From an uncultured Spirochaetota bacterium (GTDB lineage: Bacteria > Spirochaetota > Spirochaetia > SZUA-6 > Fen-1364), in the NCBI GenBank assembly GCA_963745235.1, contig CAVUXE010000035.1, positions 278,752-342,751 of the forward strand: a stretch of DNA of 64,000 nt. The letters run 5' to 3'. Shown piece after piece: positions 44,220-53,944 of the stretch. The notes beneath the pieces are model-generated. The model saw only the letters and a program-made list of their open reading frames with translations, ran no database searches and was not told the origin of the DNA. Within the stretch, counting starts at the first letter, position 1. Each line of letters opens with the position of its first letter. A program made the translations under genes and the position numbers.

Positions 44220-45337
44220 GCACCGAACGCGCGCACCCGTGAGAAGAACCTTGCTGCACGTCGGCCGCTTCCTGCTGACCTGGCTGTGATTCGCTCCAGC
44301 ATGCTGGAGAGCTCGGTGAGCGGATCCACCTCCCGATTGAGCACCCGATAGACGCCCTCTATGATGGGCAAGGACAGCTTGCCGACCAGCTCGTGTGCCC
44401 ACTTTGAGGTCACGACGCCCTCAGCGATGTAGCCGAACCGGGGCAGGCTTTCGATCACCTGGTCAATCGATGTGCAACTGTCGATCAGCTTCTTGAGGAT
44501 GATCTCCCGTCCGAAGCGACGGTTTCTCCCGTGGACGCTGCGGCACGTGACGTCCAGGTCTCCGACGCCGGCAATGGAGGTGAAGGTCTCCGGGTGCGTG
44601 GCCCCCATTGCCTTCCCGATGGCAAGAATCTCGTTCAGCCCCGCGGCAAGGAGAAGGGACTCGGTGTTGTCCCCGAACCTGTCCGAGGTCTCTTTCAAGG
44701 CGTCAAGCATTCCAAACGCTATGGCGACGACGTTCTTGACCGCCGCGCTGACCTGGACGCCCCTCACATCGAGAGAAGAGAACACAACGAGGCTGCCTCC
44801 CGACAGGAGCTCCCGCACCCGGATGGAGTTCCGACCGCTGCGTGACGCGCTGATCAGGCCCGTGATTTTTCCCTGGGACACTTCGATGGCATGGCTGGGT
44901 CCGGACACATACACGAGCTTGTTCCGGTACATGCCGGGGAGATAGTCCTCGATGGCCTCCGTCACCAGCCTGATGCCGCCGGGCGTTTCGATCAGTCCCT
45001 TGGTGAGAGCCGCGATGACAACGCGCCCTTCGCGCACGCTGTTGCACCCCGTGATTCTCTTTACATGCGTGAGCAGGTGGAGGGATGGGATAGCGATGAA
45101 AAGGTAGTCCTTATCCTCCGCCACCGCGCTGAGGTCAGCGGAAGCCCTGACCAGGGGGAGCGTGACCCCCGCCAGGTACAGAGGGTTGCTGTGTGTCCTG
45201 TTGATGGAGGAAGCCAGGTCAGGCTCATGGCACCAGAGGTCCACAGGATGCTGTTTTTCCGCCAGCACTTTCGCAACGGCAGTGCCCCAGGCCCCCGCAC
45301 CCAGCACGCCAATCTTTGTCTGGACCCCGTTTGCCAT
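44192..45337 (-). CDS. gpsA: NAD(P)H-dependent glycerol-3-phosphate dehydrogenase
   Basis: [34 protein letters not shown]. Confidence 0.93.
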   Translation of the reverse strand: MANGVQTKIGVLGAGAWGTAVAKVLAEKQHPVDLWCHEPDLASSINRTHSNPLYLAGVTLPLVRASADLSAVAEDKDYLFIAIPSLHLLTHVKRITGCNSVREGRVVIAALTKGLIETPGGIRLVTEAIEDYLPGMYRNKLVYVSGPSHAIEVSQGKITGLISASRSGRNSIRVRELLSGGSLVVFSSLDVRGVQVSAAVKNVVAIAFGMLDALKETSDRFGDNTESLLLAAGLNEILAIGKAMGATHPETFTSIAGVGDLDVTCRSVHGRNRRFGREIILKKLIDSCTSIDQVIESLPRFGYIAEGVVTSKWAHELVGKLSLPIIEGVYRVLNREVDPLTELSSMLERITARSAGSGRRAARFFSRVRAFGAHRRSEPAW

Positions 45338-45349
45338 GCGCCGGCCCTT

Positions 45350-46660
45350 CTACGGTCTCGGGCTCTTCTTCAGCAATTCCTTGTCCTGCCCGAGAAGCCT
45401 GCTGTCCGGATACGCCGCCAGACCCTGGTCCAGCACGCTCCGAGCATCCGCTATCTTTCTGGCATTGTAGAGCTGCGCAAACGCGTTGTGGACATATGCC
45501 TCGTAGGTCTGCAGGAGGAGGGGCGGGGAGCCGAGCTTCCTCATGCCGTCAACCACCACCTGGGCAGCGGCAAGGAATCCCGCGTTCCTGGATTCCGCCT
45601 CTGCCCGCAATTGCACCAGGGAGACTGACAGGTCCGTCCAATCCTTGTCTTCCAGCGCGGCCCTGGTGGCGGGTTGGGACAGGAGTGAGTCCGCATCCTG
45701 GAAAGCGCCCGCGCTGAACAGGCTTACGACCCAGTTGTGGTAGATCTCCCGCCGGAGCTGATCCAGGTCTATGCCCCCGCCGAAGGAAGCCTTCACGTCA
45801 TCCATGAACTGCACGGCGTGGGCGAAGTCGCTCCTTGTCCCCATCCACGAAACGTAGTTCGAAAGGGCAAGCGTGGCGATCCTCTTGAACTCTTCCGTGG
45901 AGAGAAGGGCGTACACGCTCACCGCGGGGGTCACCGCGTCTCGGAAGTATCTGCCGTCGGTGTATTCGGAGACCCGGTTGTACAGGATGAGCCCGAGCAG
46001 CTCCCGCTCTCCGATGACACGCCTGTCACGGTAGTTGGAGGGCGGCACATAGCTGTACCCGGTGAGCTTGCCGAAGCTGTCGCTGAACTCCTTGCGCGTG
46101 CCCGGATTGTAGCCATACGGATTTGTGGTCTCCACGTCGACTGGCTCTCCATCCACGAGGACCGTGCAGAACGCGTGGTCGGTGGTCCGGATCCCGCCCA
46201 CGGAAAGCCCGACGGACCGGGCAAACACCAGGTACAAGACAGCCGAAGACACGCAGTTGAAGACGCCGGTCTCCAGCGCAGTGTCGATCCGCGTCTGACG
46301 CTCCGAGTAGGTGGAAAGGAGGTTCTTGTGAAGGAACGTCAGCGTCCTCTCCGCAAGCTCAGCCTGTCCGGTCACATCTGCAACCTCGTCCCTGAATCTG
46401 TGCATCAGGGAGCCAAGCTTCTCCTTGTCCGCTGCCGCGGCATCATCCGACGCTCCCGAGAACTGCAGAGACGCATCTATCAGAGTCTCAATCGGGATGG
46501 GCTCCCTCATGGTGGAAAGCTGCTCGCTCAACGAAAGAGGGGTGAGCTCGGGGAACGCCTGCAGGCCGGATTTGCCTTGAGCCAGGAGGGGCTGCAAAGA
46601 GACCACCAGGATGAAAAGCAAAACAACACTTTGGCGCTTGAGCTGCATTCGGCTTCCCAT
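45350..46660 (-). CDS. Exported transglutaminase-like (SirB1-type) protein with TPR-like C-terminus
   Basis: FNCVSS, DHAF, DVETT (Cys-His-Asp/Glu triad); signal peptide; helical tail. Confidence 0.65.
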   Translation of the reverse strand: MGSRMQLKRQSVVLLFILVVSLQPLLAQGKSGLQAFPELTPLSLSEQLSTMREPIPIETLIDASLQFSGASDDAAAADKEKLGSLMHRFRDEVADVTGQAELAERTLTFLHKNLLSTYSERQTRIDTALETGVFNCVSSAVLYLVFARSVGLSVGGIRTTDHAFCTVLVDGEPVDVETTNPYGYNPGTRKEFSDSFGKLTGYSYVPPSNYRDRRVIGERELLGLILYNRVSEYTDGRYFRDAVTPAVSVYALLSTEEFKRIATLALSNYVSWMGTRSDFAHAVQFMDDVKASFGGGIDLDQLRREIYHNWVVSLFSAGAFQDADSLLSQPATRAALEDKDWTDLSVSLVQLRAEAESRNAGFLAAAQVVVDGMRKLGSPPLLLQTYEAYVHNAFAQLYNARKIADARSVLDQGLAAYPDSRLLGQDKELLKKSPRP

Positions 46661-46746
46661 GAACAAGATCAGCATTACCCTGGAATTGCGTCAAGACATT
46701 CGCCGCACTTCTGCTGCGGCCTTCTTCTCTTGCGTTTTCCGGCCCA

Positions 46747-46772
46747 ATATACTATACCTTTGTATAGTATAT
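46747..46772. promoter_or_regulatory. Perfect palindrome overlapping the dnaE2 start; candidate SOS-type operator
   Basis: ATATACTATAC-CTTT-GTATAGTATAT. Confidence 0.6.
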
Positions 46773-49700
46773 GAGCTCCCACCATATTCACTTTCGATCA
46801 AACTACTCCTTCCTTCGAGGCTGTCACTCCCCCGAGGAGATCTGCCGTTTTGCCAGAGAGCGAAGCCTTTCTGTCGTAGGCTTGACAGACGTCAACAATT
46901 TTCACGGGTTGATTCTCTTTCTGCTTGCAGCGGACAGGGCGGGGTTGAAGCCCGTCGCGGGCGTCGTCGTAGAAAAAGGGGGGAGGGAGCTGTTCACCGC
47001 GTACGTGATGAGCCGGCGCGGTTACGGCAGGATCTGCCGGGTGCTCACGGAGGTTTTGACGGATCCTGATGGTTCTTTCGACCCGGTTGGAGCGCTTTGC
47101 GACCGCGGGTGGGAAGGCCTTTCCATCCTGTCGCCGCACACGGATGTCATCAATCGTCTGGCGAAGCGCGAGCGGGCCGGGCTGTATGTCCAGCTCACCT
47201 ACGGAAGTCCTTTCTCAATCCTGGCGGGCTTTGCTCGGGAGCGCGGGCTGCAGACCGCCGCCATTCAAGAAACCGTCCTGCTGGACGAATCGGATGAAGC
47301 GCTTTATCCCCTGCTGCGGGCCATGGACCTGAACACCACGCTGGAGCGTTTGCCCGAGGCGGAGAGACTGGGAGGACGCCACCGGTACGCCCCGCCTGGC
47401 GCGCTGAAGAGGTTCTTCTCCGCAGTGCCGGAAGCGCTTGATAACACCGAGGCCATAGCGCGGGAAGCCGACGCCAGCGGCATTATCAGCCCGCAGTATG
47501 TTTTCCCGGCGTTCGACGGGCTCTCAGAGGAAGAGGCTTTCCGGCTCCTCGCCCGGTTGTGCGATGACGGGGTGCGCCGCCGCTACGGTGGCGTGCGCCC
47601 CGACATACGGGATCGGCTGGATTACGAGCTTTCAGTAATCCGGGAAAAAGGATTTGCCTCCTACTTCCTGGTTGTCCGGGACATCGTCCAGCAGTGCCCG
47701 CGTACGTGCGGCCGCGGCAGCGCGGCATCCAGCATCGTTTCCTACCTTCTTGGCATCACGCACGTGGACCCGCTTCGCTACACTCTCTTCTTCGAGCGGT
47801 TTCTCAACCGGGGCAGGAAGGACCCTCCGGACATCGACGTTGATTTTCCCTGGGACGAGAGGGACAAGACATTGAAATATGTCTTTCAGAAATACGAAGG
47901 CCGGTCCGCCATGGTGGCCAACCATGTCACCTTCGGTCCGCGCTCTGCGCTGCGGGAGCCGGCGAAGGCGCTGGGGCTGCCGGAGGAGGAGCTGAGCGTC
48001 ATTGTGCGCGCCTTTCGCCAGGGACGCCTGGACGACATCCCCCCCTACGTCCGCGAGGCGGCGGCCCGCATCCGCGGCTTCCCCCGCAACCTCGGAACCC
48101 ACTGCGGCGGGGTGGTCATCACCCCCGGCCCCATCTCTGACTACACGCACGTGCAGGTCTCTCCGCTCGGGTACCCGGTGATTGCCTGGGAGAAAGACGC
48201 CACGGAGGACGCGGGACTTGTGAAGATAGACCTCCTGGGCAACAGGTCCCTGGCAGTCCTGCGTGATGCCCTGGAGCTGGTGGAAAAAAACCACGGTGAG
48301 CGGTACGACTGGGAAAGCTTTGATCCCCTTTCCAACGCGGACACCCGGGACCTCATTGCGAGCGGACGGACTCTGGGAGTCTTCTACGTGGAGTCTCCCG
48401 CCACCCGTCAGCTCCTCACCAAGATGCGGCGGGGAGACTATGAGAATCTCGTCATCGCGAGCTCCATCATCCGGCCGGCCGCCAACCAGTACATCCGGAC
48501 CTTCGTCAAACGCCTGCATGGCGCTCCGTACCAGCCCCTCCATCCCCTGATCGAGCAGACCCTCGCGGAGACCTTCGGAGTCATGGTCTACCAGGAGGAT
48601 GTGTCCCGGGTGGCCATCGACCTGGCGGGGTTCCCCATCGAAGAGGCGGACAGGCTGCGAAAGATCCTGTCAAAAAAAGACCGGGACCTGAAGCTCCCTG
48701 ACGTCCGGGAGAAGTTCTTCCGCGGCGCCAGCGCGCGGGGGGTGAGCGGGCAGACCGTGGCGAAGGTCTGGGACATGATCCTTTCCTTTGACGGGTACTC
48801 TTTCTGCAAAGCGCATAGCGCATCCTATGCGCAGGTGTCCTACCGCGTGGCCTATCTCAAGCGCTTCTACCCCCTGGAGTTCATCGCGGCGGTGATCAAC
48901 AACGGGGGAGGTTTTTACGGGCGGCAGACTTACGTGGATGAATGCCGCCGCATGGGCTTCGCCGTCCTTGCGCCGGACGTGAACGCAAGCAAATGGGAGT
49001 ACACCGTGGAGCCGTCACGGGGAGGCCTGCGTGTCGGCCTGGGGCAGCTCAAAGACGCGAGGCGAGCCCTGGTGGAGGCCATTGTGGAAGAGCGCGAGCG
49101 TGGCGGCCCGTACTCCGGTTTCCGTGATTTTCTCCTGCGCGTCCCCTGTCGATTTGAAGATATCCGCGTGCTCATCAGGTCCGGCGCCCTTGATTCGGTT
49201 TCAGAGGGCTTCACGCGGCCCCAGCTTTTCTTCCGTTGGCAGAACATCGACAAGGAAGAGGGTCTGGGTTTCCTGCCGTCCGCTCCTCCGCTCATCGGGG
49301 ACTACCCGGACCGGGTGAAGCTGACGGACGAGGTGGGCACCCTCGGGATCGTTATTTCCCGGCATCCCCTCGAGCTGTTTCGACCGCGCATCCACGGGAT
49401 CGTCTCCCGTCTCGGCCTTTCACCCTTTATTTCTTCTGCGGACATTCCGGTCTTTCGGGGACACAAGGTCTGGACGGCGGGCATCCTGGTGACAGGCAAG
49501 GAGGTGACCACAAAAAAACAGGAGCCCATGATCTTCGTCAGCTTCGAGGACGAGCTGTCCATCTATGAAGCAGTGCTGTTCCCCGGCTCCTTCGCCCGTT
49601 TCTTCCCCCTGTTGGATGAAGGCTGGGCCTTTCTGGTGTTTGGCCGGGTTGAAGAAGATCTCGGAGCGGTCTCGATCAGCGTGGAGAAGCTGCTTCCTGT

Positions 49701-49842
49701 TTCGAGGATACGTGAAGAAGAGACAACGACTGCGCTTCCCGAGCGGCCACCGGTGTTCATGGGGGAGCGCGAGCACGCACCGCTCGGCCCGTCTCCCGCT
49801 GTCTCAGCTGCCGCGCGAGCCGAGGTAACCTTCCGCCCTTAG
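46771..49842 (+). CDS. dnaE2: Family C DNA polymerase alpha subunit, DnaE2-like (error-prone)
   Basis: PHP SNYSFLRG, GRGSAASS, PPDIDVDF, FCKAHSASY, OB fold; short (1023 aa). Confidence 0.8.
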   Translation: MSSHHIHFRSNYSFLRGCHSPEEICRFARERSLSVVGLTDVNNFHGLILFLLAADRAGLKPVAGVVVEKGGRELFTAYVMSRRGYGRICRVLTEVLTDPDGSFDPVGALCDRGWEGLSILSPHTDVINRLAKRERAGLYVQLTYGSPFSILAGFARERGLQTAAIQETVLLDESDEALYPLLRAMDLNTTLERLPEAERLGGRHRYAPPGALKRFFSAVPEALDNTEAIAREADASGIISPQYVFPAFDGLSEEEAFRLLARLCDDGVRRRYGGVRPDIRDRLDYELSVIREKGFASYFLVVRDIVQQCPRTCGRGSAASSIVSYLLGITHVDPLRYTLFFERFLNRGRKDPPDIDVDFPWDERDKTLKYVFQKYEGRSAMVANHVTFGPRSALREPAKALGLPEEELSVIVRAFRQGRLDDIPPYVREAAARIRGFPRNLGTHCGGVVITPGPISDYTHVQVSPLGYPVIAWEKDATEDAGLVKIDLLGNRSLAVLRDALELVEKNHGERYDWESFDPLSNADTRDLIASGRTLGVFYVESPATRQLLTKMRRGDYENLVIASSIIRPAANQYIRTFVKRLHGAPYQPLHPLIEQTLAETFGVMVYQEDVSRVAIDLAGFPIEEADRLRKILSKKDRDLKLPDVREKFFRGASARGVSGQTVAKVWDMILSFDGYSFCKAHSASYAQVSYRVAYLKRFYPLEFIAAVINNGGGFYGRQTYVDECRRMGFAVLAPDVNASKWEYTVEPSRGGLRVGLGQLKDARRALVEAIVEERERGGPYSGFRDFLLRVPCRFEDIRVLIRSGALDSVSEGFTRPQLFFRWQNIDKEEGLGFLPSAPPLIGDYPDRVKLTDEVGTLGIVISRHPLELFRPRIHGIVSRLGLSPFISSADIPVFRGHKVWTAGILVTGKEVTTKKQEPMIFVSFEDELSIYEAVLFPGSFARFFPLLDEGWAFLVFGRVEEDLGAVSISVEKLLPVSRIREEETTTALPERPPVFMGEREHAPLGPSPAVSAAARAEVTFRP

Positions 49843-50896
49843 AAGCTCCGCGCTGAGGATCCCCCCGCCGGCCGCTCCCCGCACCGTGTTGTGGGAAAGG
49901 CAGACGAAGCGGTAGTCCAGGATCCTGTCTTCCCGCAGCCGGCCGATCGAAATCCCCATGCCCCGGCCGGTGTCGCGGTCCAGCCTGGTCTGGGGTCGGT
50001 TGTCGTCCTCGAAGTACGTCAGGAAAGGCTTTGGCGCGCTGGGCAGGCTGAGCTTCTGCGGCGTGCCCTCGAAGCTCGCCCAAAGCTCCCGTATCTTCTT
50101 CGCGGAGGGCTTGTTCTTGAAGGAAACGAAGACCGCGGCCATGTGGCCGTCCGTCACGGGCACCCGGATACACTGGCTCGAGATGACAGGGTCCCTGGCG
50201 TTGATGATCTGACCGCCCTGGACATTCCCCCATATCTTCAAGGGCTCGATCTCGCTCTTCTCTTCCTCTCCGCGGATGAACGGCATCACGTTGTCTTCCA
50301 TCTCCGGCCAGTCCTTGAACGTCTTGCCCGCCCCGGAGATGGCCTGGTAGGTGCAGACAAAGACTTTCTCGATTCCGAGGTCGCGAAGGGGATGGAGCGC
50401 CGGCACATAGCTTTGAATGGAGCAGTTCGGTTTGACGACGATGAAGCCGCGTTTCGTGCCGAGTCTCTTCTTCTGGGTTTCGATGACCGCGTAGTGGTCC
50501 GGGTTGATCTCCGGAAGGATCATGGGAACGTCCGGGGCCAGCCTGTTGGCGGAATTGCTCGAAACGATGGGAACCTCTGCCCTGGCGTAGCTTTCTTCGA
50601 GCGCCCGGGTCTCGTCCTTGGGCATGTCCACGGCGCAGAACGCAAGGTCAAGCCCTTTGCTCACCTCATCCACCAGCGCCGCATTCTTGACGATGAGCCC
50701 AGCCGCCTGCTCCGGGCAAGGGAGTGAGCATTCGCCATCTGTCTCCCACCGCCTCACGGTAGCACTTGCCCGCGGAGCGCTCGCTGGCCGCCACAGTCAC
50801 CACGTCGAACCACGGATGCTGCGAAAGAAGCGAGATGAAACGTTGGCCAACCATTCCGGTGGCGCCGATGACCCCAACCCTGAGCTTCTCAGGCAT
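49804..50896 (-). CDS. asd: Aspartate-semialdehyde dehydrogenase; frameshift near 50719
   Basis: [42 protein letters not shown]. Confidence 0.95.
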
Positions 50897-51008
50897 GTCG
50901 GGAAGAATACGGACTCAAGCGCCGTTGATCAAGACCGCGGGCCGTTGGGTGCCGCAGGCCCGGCGCAGAGGCCGAGCGCGCAGGCCCCAACAGCGCGCAG
51001 GCCCGACG

Positions 51009-51037
51009 TTGACAAGCCCTCCGGGCCAGAATACTCT
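51009..51037 (+). promoter_or_regulatory. sigma70 promoter of tRNA-Val
   Basis: TTGACA-17 nt-TACTCT. Confidence 0.6.
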
Positions 51038-51047
51038 GGGCTCGCCC

Positions 51048-51121
51048 GGGCGGCTAGCTCAGCTGGTTAGAGCGTCTGGTTTACACCCAGAAGGTCGGGG
51101 GTCCGAATCCCTCGCCGCCCA
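51048..51121 (+). tRNA. tRNA-Val(TAC), CCA not encoded
   Basis: Acceptor GGGCGGC/GCCGCCC+A, D arm GCTC/GAGC, anticodon arm TCTGG-TTTACAC-CCAGA, T arm GGGGG-TCCGAAT-CCCTC. Confidence 0.95.
51080..51121 (+). repeat. attL, 42-bp direct repeat (3' half of tRNA-Val)
   Basis: TTTACACCCAGAAGGTCGGGGGTCCGAATCCCTCGCCGCCCA, identical to 57530-57571. Confidence 0.95.
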
Positions 51122-51213
51122 TTCTTCTATAGCAAAAAGAATTGCTGGCTATTTTTCGACCCGGAAAAGAAACACGTTGACGAAAATCGAAGCTCAATTG
51201 TAAACTGAATTCC

Positions 51214-52395
51214 ATGGGAAGACATGCCGGTGTCTATTCCCTCTTCAAGCGGAGCAAGCGTGACGGCGGCTATTACTACTATCGCCTCCGCGGCGAGGGG
51301 TCCTACAAGAGCACGGGGACTCGTGACTACAACGAAGCCCTGGGCGTCATCGAACAGAAGCTAAAGGCCGTCGAGATCGAGAGAACGGCGCCGGCACGAC
51401 GGTCTCTCAAGGAATACTCGGCGGTTTTTTTTGTCTGGGGCAAGTGCCCGCACTGCCGCAAGCTCATCGAAGAGGGTCGCCAGATCACTAAGCGCCACGC
51501 CTACAATCAGCGCCGCTGGCTGGAGAAGTACATTCTGACCGACGCGATCGCGGACAGGCAGCTCGTGGAGCTCACTCGCGCCGACGTCCTCGATTTCCGC
51601 TCGCGCCTGGCTCGGAAGCTCGGCGCGAAAGTGAACACCGCAAATAAGGTCCTCGCGGTCTTGAAAACGATTCTCAAGGAAGCGCTCTTCCGCGAGGACC
51701 TCGAGCGGGATCCCTCCGCCGGCGTCGGCAACCTGAAAGAGGACCGCAGAGAAGCCGGGATCTTCACGGCGGACGAGCTGCGCGCGCTCTTTCCTTCCGA
51801 GGGCCTCGGGCCGTGGGAGGACCTGCAGGCGAAAACCTGTTTCCTCGTGGCTGCCTCTACGGGGATGCGCCGCGGAGAGATCCTCGCTCTTAGCTGGCAG
51901 CACGTCGACTTTGAGCGCTCGGCTATTCAGATTGCCCAGGCCTGGAAATCTCGGGACGAGCTCGGAGCTCCGAAATGGGGACACACGCGCGTTGTCCCTC
52001 TTCCTTCAGTCGCCGCGGCGGCGCTTATGGAGCTCTGGGACGGGAGGCCTCCGAAGCTCGCAAGCGCCGACTCACTTGTTTTCTGCTACGCGGATATCGA
52101 GCGCGCGTATTGGGGCGAGCGCTTAGGAGAAACCTGGTGGACTAAAAACTTCGCCGCGGCGATGAAGAAGGTGAAGGTCGGGGAGAAGGTCGGCATCGAC
52201 GCGCGAGCTCGGGGGATCAAGCCGCACTCATTCCGACATACCGTGGCCACGCTGCGACGGGATGCCGGCGAGGATCCCGCGAAGATCCGCGCGGCTCTGG
52301 GCTGGACGAACGAGCGCACCCAGGGGAACTACGAGCACTTCGCGCCGGAAATGCTGAAGTCTGAGGCCATAGAAAAGATATGGGGATCCGGATGA
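51214..52395 (+). CDS. int: Tyrosine integrase
   Basis: Arm-binding-like N-terminus (YYYR...STGTRD); catalytic R (TGMRRGE), K (PKW), HSFRH, W (LGW), Y (GNYEH). Confidence 0.95.
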   Translation: MGRHAGVYSLFKRSKRDGGYYYYRLRGEGSYKSTGTRDYNEALGVIEQKLKAVEIERTAPARRSLKEYSAVFFVWGKCPHCRKLIEEGRQITKRHAYNQRRWLEKYILTDAIADRQLVELTRADVLDFRSRLARKLGAKVNTANKVLAVLKTILKEALFREDLERDPSAGVGNLKEDRREAGIFTADELRALFPSEGLGPWEDLQAKTCFLVAASTGMRRGEILALSWQHVDFERSAIQIAQAWKSRDELGAPKWGHTRVVPLPSVAAAALMELWDGRPPKLASADSLVFCYADIERAYWGERLGETWWTKNFAAAMKKVKVGEKVGIDARARGIKPHSFRHTVATLRRDAGEDPAKIRAALGWTNERTQGNYEHFAPEMLKSEAIEKIWGSG

Positions 52396-52486
52396 AATGC
52401 TTGCACGGTCCCCTAAGCTATGATACGTTAGGGATGACACTGTTTGAGACTGTCGGGGGAGATAGTTCCCCTTACTCGCTGATGAG

Positions 52487-52574
52487 GCGGGCTGGCAGCA
52501 ACTCAAAGGGATAGAGATGCGGGGGCATCTGACGCGAGAGCGTTCCCTTTGGTTTGCTGTCGGCCCGTTTTTTT
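52487..52574 (+). ncRNA. Y-shaped structured leader RNA ending in a U tract (attenuator or small RNA)
   Basis: GCGGGCTGGCAGCAA/TTGCTGTCGGCCCGT and CAAAGGGA/TCCCTTTG stems, two apical hairpins, then T7. Confidence 0.6.
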
Positions 52575-52596
52575 GTGCCTCGGGAGGGGGCGATGT

Positions 52597-52818
52597 ATGC
52601 AAGAGCTTCAGAAAAAACTCGACTCGCTTCTCGACTACCGGGGAGCGGCTGAGGTCCTCGCCGTCTCGGTGCCGACTGTGAAGCGGCTCGCTTCCTCGGG
52701 AGAGATCCCCGTCATTCGCGTGGGGCAGCGGGCGACCAGGTTCGAGCCCTCAGCGCTGCGCGAGTTCATCGACAGCCGCCGCGGCGACGCGCAGAAAGCG
52801 CAGCGCACCGGAGCCTGA
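52597..52818 (+). CDS. Excisionase/AlpA-like HTH protein
   Basis: LLDYRGAAEVLAVSVPTVKRLASSGEIPVIRVG..TRF (HTH_17 pattern); SD GGAGG. Confidence 0.85.
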   Translation: MQELQKKLDSLLDYRGAAEVLAVSVPTVKRLASSGEIPVIRVGQRATRFEPSALREFIDSRRGDAQKAQRTGA

Positions 52819-52820
52819 CG

Positions 52821-53510
52821 GTGGAGTACTCCCTTGTGATCGATCAACTCGCTTTGAAGCGCTGGCACGGCAAGATTGACGGGGACGACGCGCTTCTGAT
52901 AGCGTTCATTTCGAAGCTTAACTCCCACAATCCAGAGGTAGCGCGCTACATGGACCGCGACTATTTCCGACTCAACCGCTCCTGGATACTGACAGAGCTT
53001 CCTCTCCTGGGATTCACGGAGTATACGCTCAGTCGCCGCCTGCACCAGCTGCAGAAGCTCGGGATCCTCGACCTCAAGAATCCCCACGGCCAGGGCGGAC
53101 ACCTGCTCTTGCACGGCCGCATGTCAAAGCTCTGGTACCAGGAAGTAGAGAAAGCAAAGAGGGAAGTGGATCTACTTTCCACCGCCACCGAGCAAAAAAG
53201 CCATATGGCGGAAATACCATATGGCGAAACCGCCCATGGGCATCTGGCGCAAATGCCAGTGGCAAAAACGACACATGATCATATTAAGAATGATCATAAA
53301 GAGGAGACCGCAGCCGCCCTCCCTGACGGGGCGGCTTGCGGCCTCCCTGAAGAGAAAGAACCCAGCCTGTTCCCTGAGGATCCCCGCGCCGACGTGCCTA
53401 CCGCAGAGATTCTTGCGGCAGCAGACAGCGAATTTGCGCGGAGCATACTCCGGGAGCGCGCGGAGGAAGAGTCTGATTTCCCTGAGGCGGAAGCGGGGAG
53501 GCCGGCGTGA
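52821..53510 (+). CDS. Putative phage-type replication initiator (N-terminal winged HTH)
   Basis: TLSRRLHQLQKLGIL wHTH; internal DNA repeats plus AT-rich tract; position after xis. Confidence 0.6.
   Translation: MEYSLVIDQLALKRWHGKIDGDDALLIAFISKLNSHNPEVARYMDRDYFRLNRSWILTELPLLGFTEYTLSRRLHQLQKLGILDLKNPHGQGGHLLLHGRMSKLWYQEVEKAKREVDLLSTATEQKSHMAEIPYGETAHGHLAQMPVAKTTHDHIKNDHKEETAAALPDGAACGLPEEKEPSLFPEDPRADVPTAEILAAADSEFARSILRERAEEESDFPEAEAGRPA
53190..53300. repeat. Iteron-like repeats and AT-rich tract (putative origin)
   Basis: TGGCGGAAATACCA, TGGCGAAACCGCCCA, TGGCGCAAATGCCA, TGGCAAAAACGACACA, then ATGATCATATTAAGAATGATCATAAA. Confidence 0.6.
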
Positions 53511-53830
53511 CTCCGACAACTCCTACGCGATGGCAGGCCTTTCTGATTCTGCTACTCAACTCGGTGTTCTGGGGGCTGGGCTGGGCCTACGGGCTGCCGC
53601 GGCGGATCTGCGCCACCGTCGGCTCCTACCTCCCCACTGAGGCCCCCGCGGCGATCCTCTTCTCCAGGGCGCCTGCCGTTGCTGCGGGAAATACGGGAAC
53701 CACGACGCCATGGGCTCCGATTCAGACCACCGTCCGGGCCGATCCGATACTTGCGGCTCAGCTGGGCGCTGCGGGCGTGGCAGTCAACCAGACACCGGCA
53801 GATCTGGGCATTGGGCAGCCGTTAAACTGA
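53507..53830 (+). CDS. Hypothetical protein, one N-terminal TM
   Basis: GTGA overlap with the rep stop; WQAFLILLLNSVFWGLGWAYG. Confidence 0.55.
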   Translation: MTPTTPTRWQAFLILLLNSVFWGLGWAYGLPRRICATVGSYLPTEAPAAILFSRAPAVAAGNTGTTTPWAPIQTTVRADPILAAQLGAAGVAVNQTPADLGIGQPLN

Positions 53831-53868
53831 TGGACCTCAACGATCTGGTATGTAACGGGAGGGGGAGA

Positions 53869-53943
53869 ATGAAAGCACTCGTGATGAAGCTGTGGGCGCG
53901 GCTGTTCGGCAGGCTCGAAGTGGACTTCAAGCAGGCGGCGTAA
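53869..53943 (+). CDS. 24-aa amphipathic peptide
   Basis: Purine-rich SD; MKALVMKLWARLFGRLEVDFKQAA*; abuts the next ATG. Confidence 0.4.
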   Translation: MKALVMKLWARLFGRLEVDFKQAA

Positions 53944-53944
53944 C

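Noticed and set aside
1986-48543. Long antisense ORFs (e.g. 1986-3302, 31412-32917, 42159-43871)
   Set aside because: Shadow frames of real high-GC genes
50951-51005. Short GCAGGCCC repeats before the tRNA promoter
   Set aside because: Three short irregular GC-rich copies; no support for function
52479-52490. CUGAUGAG hammerhead core
   Set aside because: No stem II-GAAA or stem III/UH arrangement follows
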